A DNA stretch of 64,000 bases from Eledone cirrhosa (Eukaryota): assembly GCA_964016885.1 (NCBI GenBank), contig OZ024740.1:118978001-119042000 (forward strand), in the 5' to 3' direction. Numbering within the stretch: position 1 is the first letter of the stretch; each line of letters begins with the position of its first letter. A program made the translations under genes and the position numbers. Positions 26,201 through 39,756 of this stretch are shown here, in pieces. Below the pieces are notes generated by a model that searched no databases, had not been told where the DNA came from, and saw nothing but the letters and a program-made list of their open reading frames with translations.

Positions 26201-28162
26201 AATACACTCTTATGTAATGATAATGCAAGATATCACATCCATTGCTACCTTGTAAATATAGCATTGTTGTTCAACTCTAAGCTAACCCAGATAAAGCAGA
26301 TCTATAGTCAAGGGCACCTTTGACCATTAATCTACCTAAAACTACATTCTCCAATGTGAGGGAAATATAGCTGTTATTTCTAGCAAGCTTATCAATGTCT
26401 CAAGTACCTCCTGGCTATTTATGGTAATTTAGCATGTATGCATAATGGAAAAAAATAGCAGTGTGTTTGCCATAATAGTAATTCCTAGACTGAAATTGTT
26501 GTACATGTATATGATAGCCACAGGAGTTTCCTCAATATATCACTCTTGGAAACAAAGATTTAGCCCTTTTCATACCAAACTGCTTGAAACAGCTCCTTCT
26601 ATGATACACCATTATTTATTCTAAAGTGTTTATCATCATCATTTAACATTTATTTTCTATGTTTGTTAGATGGGTTGTCACATTATGAGACAATTCAGGT
26701 CAGATGATCATGCCTTGGTTATACAGATCTGTTTTTGGTGTGGTTTCTACAGCTTCCTAATGCCAACTATGTTACAGTGTGGACTGGGTGATTTTTATCA
26801 TGGCAGTGAAGCAACCACTAACAGGGTGGCCTGGGTCCCTTTTGTCATTTCACCAACATGACCACCTTGATGGGTGGACCGTGTGTTTTTGTTGTTTATA
26901 TTAATCTAAAAACCTACCTTAATAATTTTAGGTCAGAAAACTTAAGTAATTTTCCTAGATTAATAATAAGCAATTCAGTTACATTTCTAAGTCTCACCAA
27001 ATTCATGAATATTTTCAAATTTATTAAAAATTATAGACAATGTCATTCTTTATAAATATGGTAAAAAAAGGATAAGGCTACAATCCAGCCAAGGCTTATG
27101 ATATGTTGTGAGGAAAAAGCCGATATTAAGTCATTGCTATAATATTTACAACAGCAGATTAAACATCAGCTTATAGGCAGTAGTAACTTGAGATTTCACA
27201 ACAGCTTTTCCTTAAATCATCAGCAGCAATATCGACCGCTCAGCTCATGAGCTAATAAAAGAGCCTGTATATATTGTTTAGGCAACTAGAAATAAAAATA
27301 TAAGCCAAATATTCCATATTATCATTGTTGTTGTTATCATCATAATTTAACATTTATTTTCATCAATTCTGAGGCTAGATTGGTCTCATGACCATATCTA
27401 GCTCATATGTTCCATTTTTGTTATGGTTTCTAAGACTTGTTTCCCTTCCTAACAACCACTTTGCACCAGTACAGGTTGGACTGGATGCTTTTTATTGTTG
27501 CACTATCTTATCTTGTAGTGGCGTACCATGTTTTTCTTTGTTACTTTATATCTCCTCATATAGTTTTCTCACCAAACCTTCTCTTTACTCTCTTTACAAT
27601 CACACCAAGATTATTGATATTACATTTTACCACTTTTTTAGTATCATCTCCTCTTTAGTAATTTCACACATCAAATTATTTGTTTTATTCTACTAATTAA
27701 TGCTGACAAGCTAAATGAAATGGTTCTGACTATCTTTGTGACAACATAAAACATGGAAACTGAGCAGTAACGATAGCTCATATGTTTGTTTGGTGAAGTA
27801 TCAGTAACAGCTGTTGCTATGTCATAATATCTGAAAACAATATGAAGTAACTATAAACAGTAAAGTATTTTGTTGAAAATAGCATCTTATTTCAGTAGAG
27901 TGAAAGTTGTTGGATTTCCATCAGTTCAAATGATGTGTGATTCATTTGTTTGATCAAAGGAGTGGCCTGCTCATGAAATTAACGGTGTAAGTGGCTTAGC
28001 ATTCCACAGACACGTATATCCTTAACACAATTTTCAGAGAGATGCAGGATGACATAGTGTGTGACAAAGTATATTGAATTACAAGTACAACTCATGATAG
28101 CCAGCTGAGTAGACAGGATCGACATGCTCAAAGATACAGTGTGTTGCCAGGAACTGATATCA

Positions 28163-28322
28163 TGGGATTGGCAGTATTGGTAAAGTGTCAGACACTATGC
28201 TTTTCAGAATAGAGTTATGGCTTTTTACGTTCTGAGTTCAAATCCCACCGAGGTTAAATTTTTCTTTCATCCTTATAAAGCACAAGTAATTGCTGGCCTT
28301 GTGCTAAAAGTAGACACAATTA
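28163..28322 (+). mobile_element. S1 SINE, internally deleted
   Basis: Head and tail homology. Confidence 0.75.
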
Positions 28323-28495
28323 TTACCATAAGCCAAGTATACTACCCATTAAGCTACACATCTTCACAGAGAGGAAGTAAATGCCCACATCGATGCATTT
28401 CACTATTAAAGTTATCCTCTCACTAAAGTGCCTCTGATTCTGTCTTTTTGGTTACAACTATCAATTATGACATGGCACTCTAAAGTAAAGTAGAC

Positions 28496-28630
28496 CAGTG
28501 ATGTACAACATGGTCCAGGGAAGCACCAGTGGTCTGTACTAAAGTTTTGGTGGTCCACAATGAGTTTGATATCCTATTGTATTACATAATGCAATTAAAA
28601 GTGAATCTATTTTTGGTGGTCTATGACCTT
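28496..28630 (+). mobile_element. hAT/Charlie-like MITE end remnant
   Basis: GTAGAC|CAGTGATGTACAAC terminus followed by repeated GTGGTCC subterminal motifs; other end not found. Confidence 0.4.
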
Positions 28631-28797
28631 TTTCTGCTCTAGATTTACTTATTACTCTAAATATCCTTCTGTCCCAATATCTCTTTCTTTATAAGCAGTA
28701 ATGAATTAATCCATAACATAGGGATGATGTACATGTACAATAAAAGATGCAACCCTATCCTTCATATTCTCATGGTCATCAGAAAACTTCATGATTT

Positions 28798-28840
28798 CCC
28801 TGACCTTCATCCCTGACCTTCATCCCTGACCTTCATCCCT
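28798..28840. repeat. 13-bp minisatellite (CCCTGACCTTCAT)x3
   Basis: Direct reading. Confidence 0.9.
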
Positions 28841-29109
28841 TTCTTAATGTTGGACGTTTGTTTGTATATCACTATATTTCCTAGAGGTAGATTATGATGG
28901 TGTCATGTTACTGACCAAACCTCTTTATTTTCAACCATATAAACAGCAACATTTAATTTAAAGCAGAAAGAAAGCAACACCAACACAGAAAGAAGAAAAA
29001 TGATAATCTTAATCGAATATTAGTTGCAATTTTAGTACAACCTCTTCTAGAATATTCATTTTTTTTTATTTGAGTAGCACTATTTAATTGTATTATTTTA
29101 GCATCCTAA

Positions 29110-29520
29110 TTTCCACTTGTGAAAATTGCCCCTAGATCCTTGAACTTCTCCACCTGCTTTATTGGAACTCTACTCATATACAATGTGCACTACACAGGCT
29201 TCCTTGAGGAATATCTCAGTCTTCAAAGTACTGATTTTCATTCTTGCCATGCAACACTCAGCAACAAACCTAATCAGTGCATGTCAGAGTTCACCTTCTA
29301 ATGAATTAAGTAATACTATGTTGTATACAAATTCAAGCCAAGTGATCCTGCATTCACTGATATTGATACCACTTCCAACCTGGCTGTGCATGTCAATCCT
29401 GTTCATGATGGTTATGAACAGGAGAGGTGACAGCATACACGTTTGGCAGACCCTGATACCAACATTGCATGGTTTCAGCTTAGCAACATTTATCCAAATG
29501 TAGATACTTTATTGATGAAG
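29110..29520 (-). mobile_element. Old RTE (Expander-like) RT remnant
   Basis: CQTCMLSPLLFITIMNRI and QVEKFKDLGAIF motifs on minus strand. Confidence 0.6.
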
Positions 29521-29634
29521 TTACTGCAGCATTATATGTAGTTAAGACTGAGACATATATCCTGGGAGACTTCAATGCACATGTTGGCACTGATCACCTC
29601 ACATGGAAAGAAATGTGAATACAGAGGCTTTATT

Positions 29635-30560
29635 AGACATCTGTTCTAGTAATAGGCTCTTTGCTATAAACATCCTCTTCCAGCATAAAGACATCCATAA
29701 ATGCCTTATAAGGAAAATCAGGGACAGAGACAACAGCTAACCAGACAGTGTATATTGATTGGAACACTGTGGCCACCTTTCGATTTCTGCTACTGATGTC
29801 CAGTTCATTGCTGCCATTGCTGCTTAGAATACTATCCAGGTGGATAGTGATTGACTTCATTTAGCTCTTGTTGGTTCACCTTGACTTCATGGCTGGTCTT
29901 CTTGCCCATCTTCATCACCGTGGTCTTCTTGGTGTTGGCTTTCAACTAAATATTCTTGGCATTTTGCTACAGTAATATTGTTAGCTGTTAAGGATTTGCA
30001 CTAGTACCTGCTCTTAAGTCAATGTTGTCAGCAAAGCCCAGGTCTTTGAAATATATCTTTCTTCTCCATAGAATTCCTTTGCTGGCTTCACTGTTAGTCC
30101 TTTGCCAGACAAAGCCAGCGGGGGAGAGAAAATACAGCTTGTCTGACTCCAGAAACTATAATAGCAAACTGTTTTTCATGACTCAATTCTCATACAGCAG
30201 CTCAAGTTGGTGTAAAATCTCCTCAAAATGTTGACAAATCTTTGTGGGAAGCCATATGACAGAAAAAATGTTCCAGAGTGACTCCCCATGCATACTCTCA
30301 AACTACATCTTTAATATAACACCCTAGTTTTTTTCTAATTTATAATTGCAGCACAATCAATTCTTTCCAATAACTTCTACTCAAACAATGCTTCCACTGG
30401 TTTTTGTCACAGACACTGCTAACCACATATGGAATTGATTGGCTGGAAATCATAGACAACAAGGCAACCAGTTGAAAATGTGGATTGTTATGGTCAAGCT
30501 GGATCTCAAGTTAATATTTTGTCCTTGCATAAATGGTGTTCGCTAGTGGAATCATAATTG
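29635..30560 (-). mobile_element. Old RTE RT remnant (different family)
   Basis: DLGFADNIDL (FADD) and HLDSILSSNGSNELDISSRNRKVATVF (YLGS..DI..RI.KA..F). Confidence 0.6.
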
Positions 30561-31226
30561 GCTGAAACTACCTGCATCAGATGTGTGTAAATACCATGCG
30601 AGGCAGCCACTCTTCATGCATCTGGGTGTGAAGGCATAGGTTGACGCAGGTTCAACATGTCTTGGGAGAATGTCAGCACAACTACAAGTAATATAACTCA
30701 CATAAATGTAAAACAAAATTAAAATAATAAATAAATAAAGTAAAGGATGAAATAAAACCATGTTTATTTATACATTTAGTTTTGATAATCTCAAAGTAAT
30801 AATTCCTTACAGAACTATGAATAAAAGACAATATGAGAGAAAAATATAATAGAAAATTTAAATTCCAAAGCATTGCATAGTTATTTACCGATTTTTATCA
30901 ATCAATCATGCTGCAAATAATTGACCTGTTAGAATCTCTCAGAAGATTCGTAGATCAAAATTAGACACAGAAAATGAATTCTCGACATAATTGGCAATTT
31001 ATTTCATAACTAGTATATAATTTTCTTAGAATTTCCCATTGAACTTTAATTATCAAATACAATCTATTGAAAATTAAAAATTGCGTTGTACTTTCAGACA
31101 TAGCAGTTAATTAACACATTAAATATGTAGGTGTGAATGTGTTGATGTGCATGTGTGTGTGCATGTGTGTATGCATGTAGGGGCATATTCTTTATGCTCA
31201 CGTGTGTGTATATGTAAATGTCTGTC

Positions 31227-31297
<71 letters not shown>

Positions 31298-31310
31298 ATA
31301 TATATATATT

Positions 31311-31343
<33 letters not shown>

Positions 31344-31397
31344 GTATATTATAATACACATACATATATATACACATATATATATACATATATGCAT

Positions 31398-31443
<46 letters not shown>

Positions 31444-31967
31444 CATATATACAACAAATATTTATGTGCACTCATTTATATCAATACCTATGATTGCATA
31501 CACAAAACTTAACAGCATCCTTTGATATCAGTAATTATTATCAAAAATCAAAAACTTATCACTTACAGAAACTTCGTAAATTTTAAAAGTTCTGCTGTTG
31601 TTTATATAGTATCTAATGAAATTTATCATATATGTATGACAATTCTGTTTTTTAATCATTGATATACTATGTCAAGCAAATATTTTGCTTTTAAAAGGGT
31701 AACATTTGTTTGCTTCTTTTCTTTTTAAATCACATGTTGCATAGATTTATCTGTATCTATTGAAGTTAAAAGAGTTAACAATTTAAGAAATTTATTGATA
31801 TTATTCTAGTATAATATTTCAGGATGCTCTTTTTTTAACCTTTTAGTTTCCATATTTCTAATGAAATACACTACCTATGTCCTTAAATTGATCTTGAAAA
31901 TCATCAAAATTTAGGAGAAATGTAACTAAATAAATAATTAACCTTTTCATTATTAAACTTGTGTAAT

Positions 31968-32180
31968 GTGGTGGATTGGCAGTATTGGTATAATCTCAGA
32001 CACCATGCTTCGCAGCATAGAGTTATATCCCTTAGTGTTCTGAGTTCAAATCCAGCTGCAGTTAGTTTTGCCTTTCATCTTTTGGGGTTGATAAAATAAA
32101 GTACCAGTAATGCACTGGTGTCAATTTAATCAACTTCCCCCTTTCCTCAACTTGCTGGTTTTGTGCCTATAGTAGAAATA
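31968..32180 (+). mobile_element. S1 SINE (long form)
   Basis: Homology to other copies. Confidence 0.85.
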
Positions 32181-32575
32181 CTTAATAAGCTGGTGTTTGA
32201 AATACAAAAAATACTTCTTTAAAAAAATGAATATTTTAGAATGGGGAGTTTTTATCAACAGATCAGGGAGATTTCAGGCAGTTTGTTATCAAATGTGTTA
32301 AACAAGAATGTTTTGTTATTAAATCCAGCAATTTATTATGTTTCTCACATTATTGAAGCGTTTCTATATAGTTTATCTAAAAACATCAATCTATGGGAGG
32401 ATTTAATCTCACTATTGCAAAGTAATAACAACTTTGCTTATTTACTATGGTATGACCCATTTACTAATAACAGAAGTTTGAGAGTTAAATATTTTTACAA
32501 AAGTGGAAAGTAGAGTGCTATGAACAGAATATAAGCTTCTCAGCCATTTAACCAACATTATATTTACCAAATTGC

Positions 32576-32943
32576 AGGTGGATTGGCAGTATCGGTAGAG
32601 GGTCGGACGCCATGCTTTGACGCATAGAGTTACGGCCCTTGCCATTCTGAGTTCAAATCCCGCAGAGGTTAACTTTGCCTTTCATCCTTACGGGGTCGAT
32701 AAAATAAAGTACCAGTAATGCACTGGGTAATTGCTGGCCTTGTGCCAAACGTAGAAACAATTATATTTACCAAATTGGCAGTGTCGGTAGAGTGTCAGAC
32801 ACCATGCTTTGCAGCATAGAGTTATGGCCCTTTACGTTCTGAGTTTAAATCCCGCTGAAGTTATCTTTGCCTTTCATCCTTATGGGGTCGATAAAATAAA
32901 GCACTGGGTAATTGCTGGCCTTGTGCCAAAAGTAGAAGCAATT
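32576..32943 (+). mobile_element. Two S1 SINEs inserted sequentially at one site
   Basis: Copies 32576-32760 and ~32774-32943; ATTATATTTACCA repeated before, between and (variant) after. Confidence 0.88.
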
Positions 32944-34551
32944 ATATTACCAGTATAGACACCACTCTTGTGCAATTTTTCATGTATAAATTCATTTCAT
33001 CAGGAACTAAGTTTTTGTCTTTTGCACATCTGTGCATGTTTCCCTTTTCTTGACACTTTTCAGTTATATAAAACTTAGTTTCTGAACATTACACACCCAA
33101 CAAAACATTCTCAATGTCTCTCCTTCCTTAATGTATTATACTCTTCATATGTTTCTTACAGTTTTTTTTCTTTTGTAATTAAGAGAAATGCTATTGTTGC
33201 CAGCAGAGGAACATCTTTCCCTACTTTTTTACTCTAGCTACCATATTTTTACTATGACCTGAATCCTATTACCATGATAACGGTAACATCATTGCCACTA
33301 GTGAGCCATTAACCACACCAACAATTCATTTCATGGTTGCTAACACTTCAAATTACTCATGTATCCCCTAGAACATTTTAGCTCTGCTTCTGTGTCAATC
33401 TGCTTGAGATTACATTGCACTATTTATGCATCATATTGCTTATGCCAGGGGTAAGAATCTCACAGAAGTTCTTCAGAGAAGAAACCCCACTAAAGCAAGT
33501 GCTTTGATCCTTAACTTCTTACATTCTAAAGGGGGTGGGTCACATCCTGGACATGACACCTCGGTACTCTTCTGCTGATATTAGCCATTCGGACATCAGA
33601 AACTTGAAGTGTATTTCAACTGTATGGCGATTTTGTTGACAGGATCTAGCTGAAACCTTTTTACATTGCCTCTGTTTTCAATCTTATATTCAAACGCTTT
33701 CTTGAGTTTGGAAAAATAACATTGGTCATCATGGTAACAATGAGACATCAGCAGTATCACTGCTACTGTTAATACTACAATCACAACTCACTCAGTGTTA
33801 CTTCCCTTAGCATGCAATAAAATACAAACACTCAAACTAAATAATATTTACTGCCTTCCTATATATAAACCCAAATAGAATTGTGATATTATGCTCTCGT
33901 TTGAAACTGTTAATTTCATATGTTTCTAGTTGAAATCTAGACTTAACTATTTTTCATATTCTGATATTTGTCTAAACACTTCAAAAGATTTGACAATGAG
34001 AACTAAGTCATTACCTATAAATGTTAACAGCAAAATCTAGTTCTGAACTTCTTTCATCATTGTTTCAAGAATGATATCAAAGATTAGGACCTGAAAACAG
34101 TGCTCTAGGGAACATCTAGATGTTCTTTAAATTCCTCACTGAATTTTACAATATTTCTTAATTAGTCATTCACCAAAATGAGAAGCTCTTTGTATTCGTA
34201 GACAGAGTGAATTATCTGACTGTCTGACATGGAGAAGAAAATAATAATTCTGTTGCCATGAAACCCATTTTTTCCAGTTAAGTGCTTAGCGATAATAAGA
34301 ATGCCTATGCATCTATGGAAACTTTTGCTTCAACAAATTCTTTGATACATAACGATGCACAGACTGGCTCACAATTACTGATACCACATGCAGTTTGTAT
34401 GTATGTATCATACAGTTTAGCCATTACTCTGAGCAGAACAAGATGTAGGCCTTGGGGCTCGAGGTAGTGGGCACTGCATATAATACCCCCCCCCCATATA
34501 TATATGTATATATATAAAGAAAAATATATATATACATAAACAGGAAGAAAG

Positions 34552-34615
<64 letters not shown>

Positions 34616-35370
34616 AGAGAGCAGAGACTTAAAAAGTAGCAGGAACTCTGTTTGGAGTGGGGACCCTGCCCAAAGAAGTGAGTATCAGTTACGTAATAGA
34701 GTCCAGAGCATTTACCCCTGCTCGATAAATCTGTTTATCATTTGTTTCCATTAGTGATCCAAACACCTTAAACCTCTCCCAGTTCATTTTTACACTTGCA
34801 ACTCATGATCATCGTTTTAACATATGCTTTCCCTGCTAGCAAGAGTCAGACAGGTCCATACAGACCAAACTTTCTAATAAATAGGAAAAAATTGTATGTA
34901 CCTCTATGTATATCAAAGAAAAGTAGAGAAATAGATCAATAGAGGGAGATCTAAAGAGAGGTGAAAAGTAAAATATGAAGAAGAAGAGAGTATGAAAGAG
35001 ATTAAGGATTATGTTTTAATTTAAAACATGCTTGTTTTGTCTTTTCAGACAATGGAAACATACTGTTTTAGAAAAATCACCTTCAAGTTTCAGTTTTCCA
35101 CCTGCTACTTTCTGGAATTCTCTATCTTTACCCCCAGAGCGGTTTGTAGTTGGGGTACGTTTGGTCCTACTTTGATCTGGGAAATATCTCGATCACTGTC
35201 AAATTCTGTGAAGATTCATTTAGAAATGGTAACATTGTTTCAATATAAATTGATAAACTTTTATACTTATTATCTTTTATTTCTCAAATGAGAGAGAAAA
35301 TATTCAATATATGTATAATTATTTATTTTATGCTACTGGTTCTTCCACTCATAGCAGCTTCACGATATAT

Positions 35371-36243
35371 ATCATCATCATCATCATCATCATCATTACC
35401 GCTTTATGTCTATTTTTTCACGCTAGCATGGGTTACACTAGTTATTCAGATGTGAGCCAAGCCAGAGCAGATTACTGTCTCCAGCTAACACTGGACCGAT
35501 TTTGGCTTGATTTCTACAGATGGATGCCCTTCCTAACGCCAACCTCATTCACAGTGTGGACTGGGTGCTTTTTGTTGTGACACATAAACGACTACTTTAC
35601 AACATGGACTGGGTGTTTTTTGTCATGACACCTACACAATCACTTTACAGTGTGGACTGGGTGTTTTTGTCATGACACTTACAGGACCACTTGACAGTAT
35701 GGAGTGGGGTGGGGAAGGTGCATAGGGATAGAGAGGTAGATCTAGGGTAAGGCTCTTGTCAGGTGAGGGGTGCATCACGGAGGGGTATTAGAGCATTGGA
35801 GTTGTATGGAAAGGGGAGGTAAGAGAGTGCAGTGCGTACTAGATGTATGTGAACAAGGGAAGGTGGGTCCTCTGTATTACTGCATAATGGCAGAGAATAT
35901 GATCCTTTGAGAGGTGTAATTGTGCAAGGTCCACTTTTATCATCTCATCCGAAGTCTTCCTAGTTCTTCCTACTCCATAGTTTCCATCAACTTTGAGTGG
36001 CCAGCACATTTTCATACAGCTACCATCTAGCATACACATCACATGTCTATACCAGTGCAATCTCCTATCCTGCACTCTGCATCTGATCCCTATTATGTCC
36101 AGTTTCGCTCTTAGTTCTCTCTGTGCCATTCATGTATATTACTATTACACATCAATTGAAGTACGACAGCTTCATGTGTTTCCAATCTTTACAGGTCCTG
36201 TGCACATAGAACACAGGTCTCATTACCATGTCATATTGCTGTC
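35371..36243 (-). mobile_element. Older RTE copy (3' ORF end plus long 3' UTR)
   Basis: ORF 35839-36129 (RRLHWY, GRTRKT); 48-bp UTR repeats; (CAT)n tail. Confidence 0.85.
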
Positions 36244-36284
36244 AACAGCTTCTATATATATATGTATATGTGTGTGTGTGTGTG

Positions 36285-36962
36285 TCATCATCATCATCAT
36301 CATCGTTTAACGTCCATTTTCCATGCTAGCATGGGTCTGGACGGGAATTGTCCCACTTGAGGCAAGATTGGTTGTCTTGCTCAGGACAGTCTGGCAGGTT
36401 TTCTACGGCTGGATGCCCTTCCTAACACCAACCACATTTACAGTGTGGATTGGGAGGTTTTTACCGTGTTACCTACACGGCCACATTACAGTGTGGACTG
36501 TGTTTTTTTTATCGTGACACCTACACAACCACATTTATTTAGCACTGGATGTTGTGGTACCAACATAACTTTACATCGAAAGAGGTGGTGTAGATGGCGG
36601 TGGGGTAGGGTTAGTGGGACGGGGGTGTATTTTGGTTAAGAGATGCCTACTGACTGTAGGTTTTGCTTTGTACTTAGGCAAGGCGGGTCTTCTGTATTAT
36701 TACATAGCACCAAAGATCTCGGTCCAGAGACATTGTCTTGGAGAGGTGTAAGTGTGTGAGGTTGGATTTTATCAAGTCGTCCCAGGTTTTTCTAGGTCTG
36801 CCTACTCCGTAGCTAACGTCTATTTTGATCGCCCTGCACTTTTTTATATAGCTGTCAACTTCACGTGCATCACGTTACTATACCAACGTAGTCTTCTCTC
36901 GGGTAAACAGAATCTGATCCCTCTTATTCCTAATTTCTCACTTAGTTCATTTATGCTTTGGC
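36285..36962 (-). mobile_element. RTE subfamily B, 5'-truncated
   Basis: Homologous to 13113-13790. Confidence 0.92.
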
Positions 36963-36993
36963 GTGTGTATATTTTTATGTGTGTGCATGCTTC

Positions 36994-37050
<57 letters not shown>

Positions 37051-37399
37051 ATGTGTGTGTGTGTTTATAAATGCATACATGGTGGTAAATGAAAACATAA
37101 CACATACAGGACAATGTGCATATTCATCAGAGACTCATTCATATTCATATTGTCATAGTTTTGCTGTATAACCTTGTTTATAAAATACCTTGGAAATAAC
37201 TTTTCCATTGCTACTAAACTAGAGTCAATAGTTGAAAGTCTAGAGACCAATTTGAAATACTGAATGATGACTGTCAAACATAATCCATGGGGAAATAGAA
37301 GCTGTAGAATCATAGCACAAAAACCTCAAGATTCTAGATTTGTTAGAATGTGTAATTATTTGATCTCCTTTTCTCCAACTAGCACACACGCACACACGC

Positions 37400-37449
<50 letters not shown>

Positions 37450-37953
37450 ACACCCACACCCACACACACACACACACATATATACACTCTCCTCCTCTCA
37501 CTTTTTTGTCTCTGCCCAATCTCATTTTCTGTACACACATTACAGACACAAACGCATTCATATGATATGTATATGTGTATGTATGTATATATATATATTT
37601 TGTCCTTCTGTCTCTCTCCCTTTCCTTACTGTCTGTCTGTCCCTCTGTCATATAAATCTTTGGAGTTTTATATATTAGGACAATTCAAGTTTTGCACCAC
37701 ATAATCCCCATATGATATATACATCAGTGTGCATATGTATGTCAGTGAGCATACGTAACAGAGAGAGAAAAAGAGAATTCATGCATGTGTGCATATATGT
37801 ATGTGTATACATATTTGTATATGTATACATATATGTATGTGTATACATATTTGAATTCATAACTACAAGCTGATATATATACATACACAGACACACACAT
37901 ATATATATATGTGTATATATATACATATATATATGTATATATATATGTATATA

Positions 37954-37984
<31 letters not shown>

Positions 37985-37990
<6 letters not shown>

Positions 37991-38450
37991 GGAAAAAATG
38001 AAACGAAATTTCATTTCTCACTCTTAGTACGGCTGTTACTTAAATATAAGTATGTATACGTACATACATATATGTATACAGACGTACAGTAGTATGTATA
38101 TATATATATATACATACATGCACACATATATATATGTACGTATGGATTCATCAAACATTTATTATAATGCTCGGTGTGTTTGTAAACAAACATCCTGAAT
38201 TAAGCCATACAGTGACTAGCAACCATCGTTGCTCATTTGTTCAACACTGACAAAGGAATGATGTACTAGTTTCAAGCTTATTAGCTATCGTCAGCAACGT
38301 ATACCTTCCTGCCAGATGGTTGAACGTCTGAAAGTATATACTTTCCTTATGCATATTAACGGCTGAGCAGTGTAATTTGCATATCGAGTGAGTTAACCGA
38401 AAACGATAAACGGAAAAAATGAAACGAAATTTCATTTCTCACTCTTAGTA
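37985..38450 (-). mobile_element. Retrozyme/PLE-pLTR-like non-coding element, 421-bp unit with 45-bp terminal direct repeat
   Basis: ATAAACGGAAAAAATGAAACGAAATTTCATTTCTCACTCTTAGTA at 37985-38029 and 38406-38450; internal hammerhead; TA-flanked; homologue at 53281-53560. Confidence 0.75.
38260..38298 (-). ncRNA. Minimal type I hammerhead ribozyme
   Basis: GTTG-CTGACGA-TAGCT AATA AGCTT-GAAA-CTAG-TA-CATC; complete core, palindromic stem III ACTAGT typical of PLE-associated minimal HHRs. Confidence 0.75.
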
Positions 38451-38496
38451 ATATATATATAATCCAAGAAAGAAGATTGACATGGTTCGCTATATA

Positions 38497-38570
<74 letters not shown>

Positions 38571-38824
38571 GTGTATATGAACAGGCATATATAATTTTGA
38601 TTCTGTATGCTTTGGACTGAGTAATTTTGTAAACTATAACTACTCCTTCACCCATCCACACACACACATTAACATAGCAACTTAGGCAAACATACACTTT
38701 TACATACACATAACAGCAAAAATTCATAAACACACTCAATCAGGCACAAGTACAATATTATCATTTTTCACACTTGCATAATAACACAAGGGTATTCATA
38801 TACACATATATAATAAGAAACTCA

Positions 38825-38895
<71 letters not shown>

Positions 38896-38918
38896 TATAA
38901 ATATATATATATATATAT

Positions 38919-38919
<1 letters not shown>

Positions 38920-38953
<34 letters not shown>

Positions 38954-39092
38954 TATCATCATCATCGTTTAACGTCCATATTCTACGCTTGCGCGGGTTT
39001 GGACGGGAGTTTTCCCACTTAAGGCAAGAGTGGTTTCTTGCTCGCATAGGACTGTCTGGCGGGTTTTCTACGGCTGGATGCCCTTCCTAACA
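38920..39092 (-). mobile_element. RTE subfamily B terminal 3' UTR fragment in (TA)n
   Basis: (CAT)n tail to GGATGCCCTTCCTAACA. Confidence 0.9.
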
Positions 39093-39099
39093 TATATAA

Positions 39100-39159
<60 letters not shown>

Positions 39160-39756
39160 CATTGTCTTAGTTTGTGTATATGTAAATCTTTATATTTGAT
39201 AATCTCGCATATGGTTGAGATGCAATTTAGGCAATATTAGTCTGCGCTTTCTAGCAACCAGCCCACTTGCCGTAAGGCACCAATCACATTCTTTCTGACT
39301 TTACCACTGCCACGTCACAGTTCTTAGCCATTTTGAATTGGTTTCTGGCGGGGATCATTTAAGAAAAATCTTCGGTCATGTGAGTTTATTTCCTGATGAT
39401 TTCGAAGCTCGGATATTTCCCAAAGTGAATAAAACTCCATGGGGTAGAAACGTAATCTTGGTATGTTTATATACATTTTTTCTTCTAACTTTGATTTTAT
39501 CCCTAATTGTGTATGGTTGACGATATATTTAATCGATTTCCACGTGCTATTGAAATGCTGAGTAAATATCTATAGCAGTTGATCGCGAATAGATGGCTGT
39601 CATTTATTTATCTATTATTTCTTCATGGTGCCTTTTAATCTTATAGCCTGGTTTAATTGTTTTTTTGTGTGGTTGATTATGCTGATTGGGAGAGATGGTG
39701 TATATATTTTGTCAAATGATTCTATGGACATACTTTATTGTATATATATATATATA

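Noticed and set aside
32576-32680. tRNA genes at A/B-box motifs
   Set aside because: No cloverleaf; these are SINE heads with shared downstream bodies
34282-34467. Possible host exon after TTTTTTCCAG
   Set aside because: No recognisable protein similarity and no supporting neighbouring exons
39385-39420. Hammerhead-like CCTGATGATTTCGAAGCTCGGA
   Set aside because: Lacks GAAA/A15.1-U16.1 and stem II; too weak
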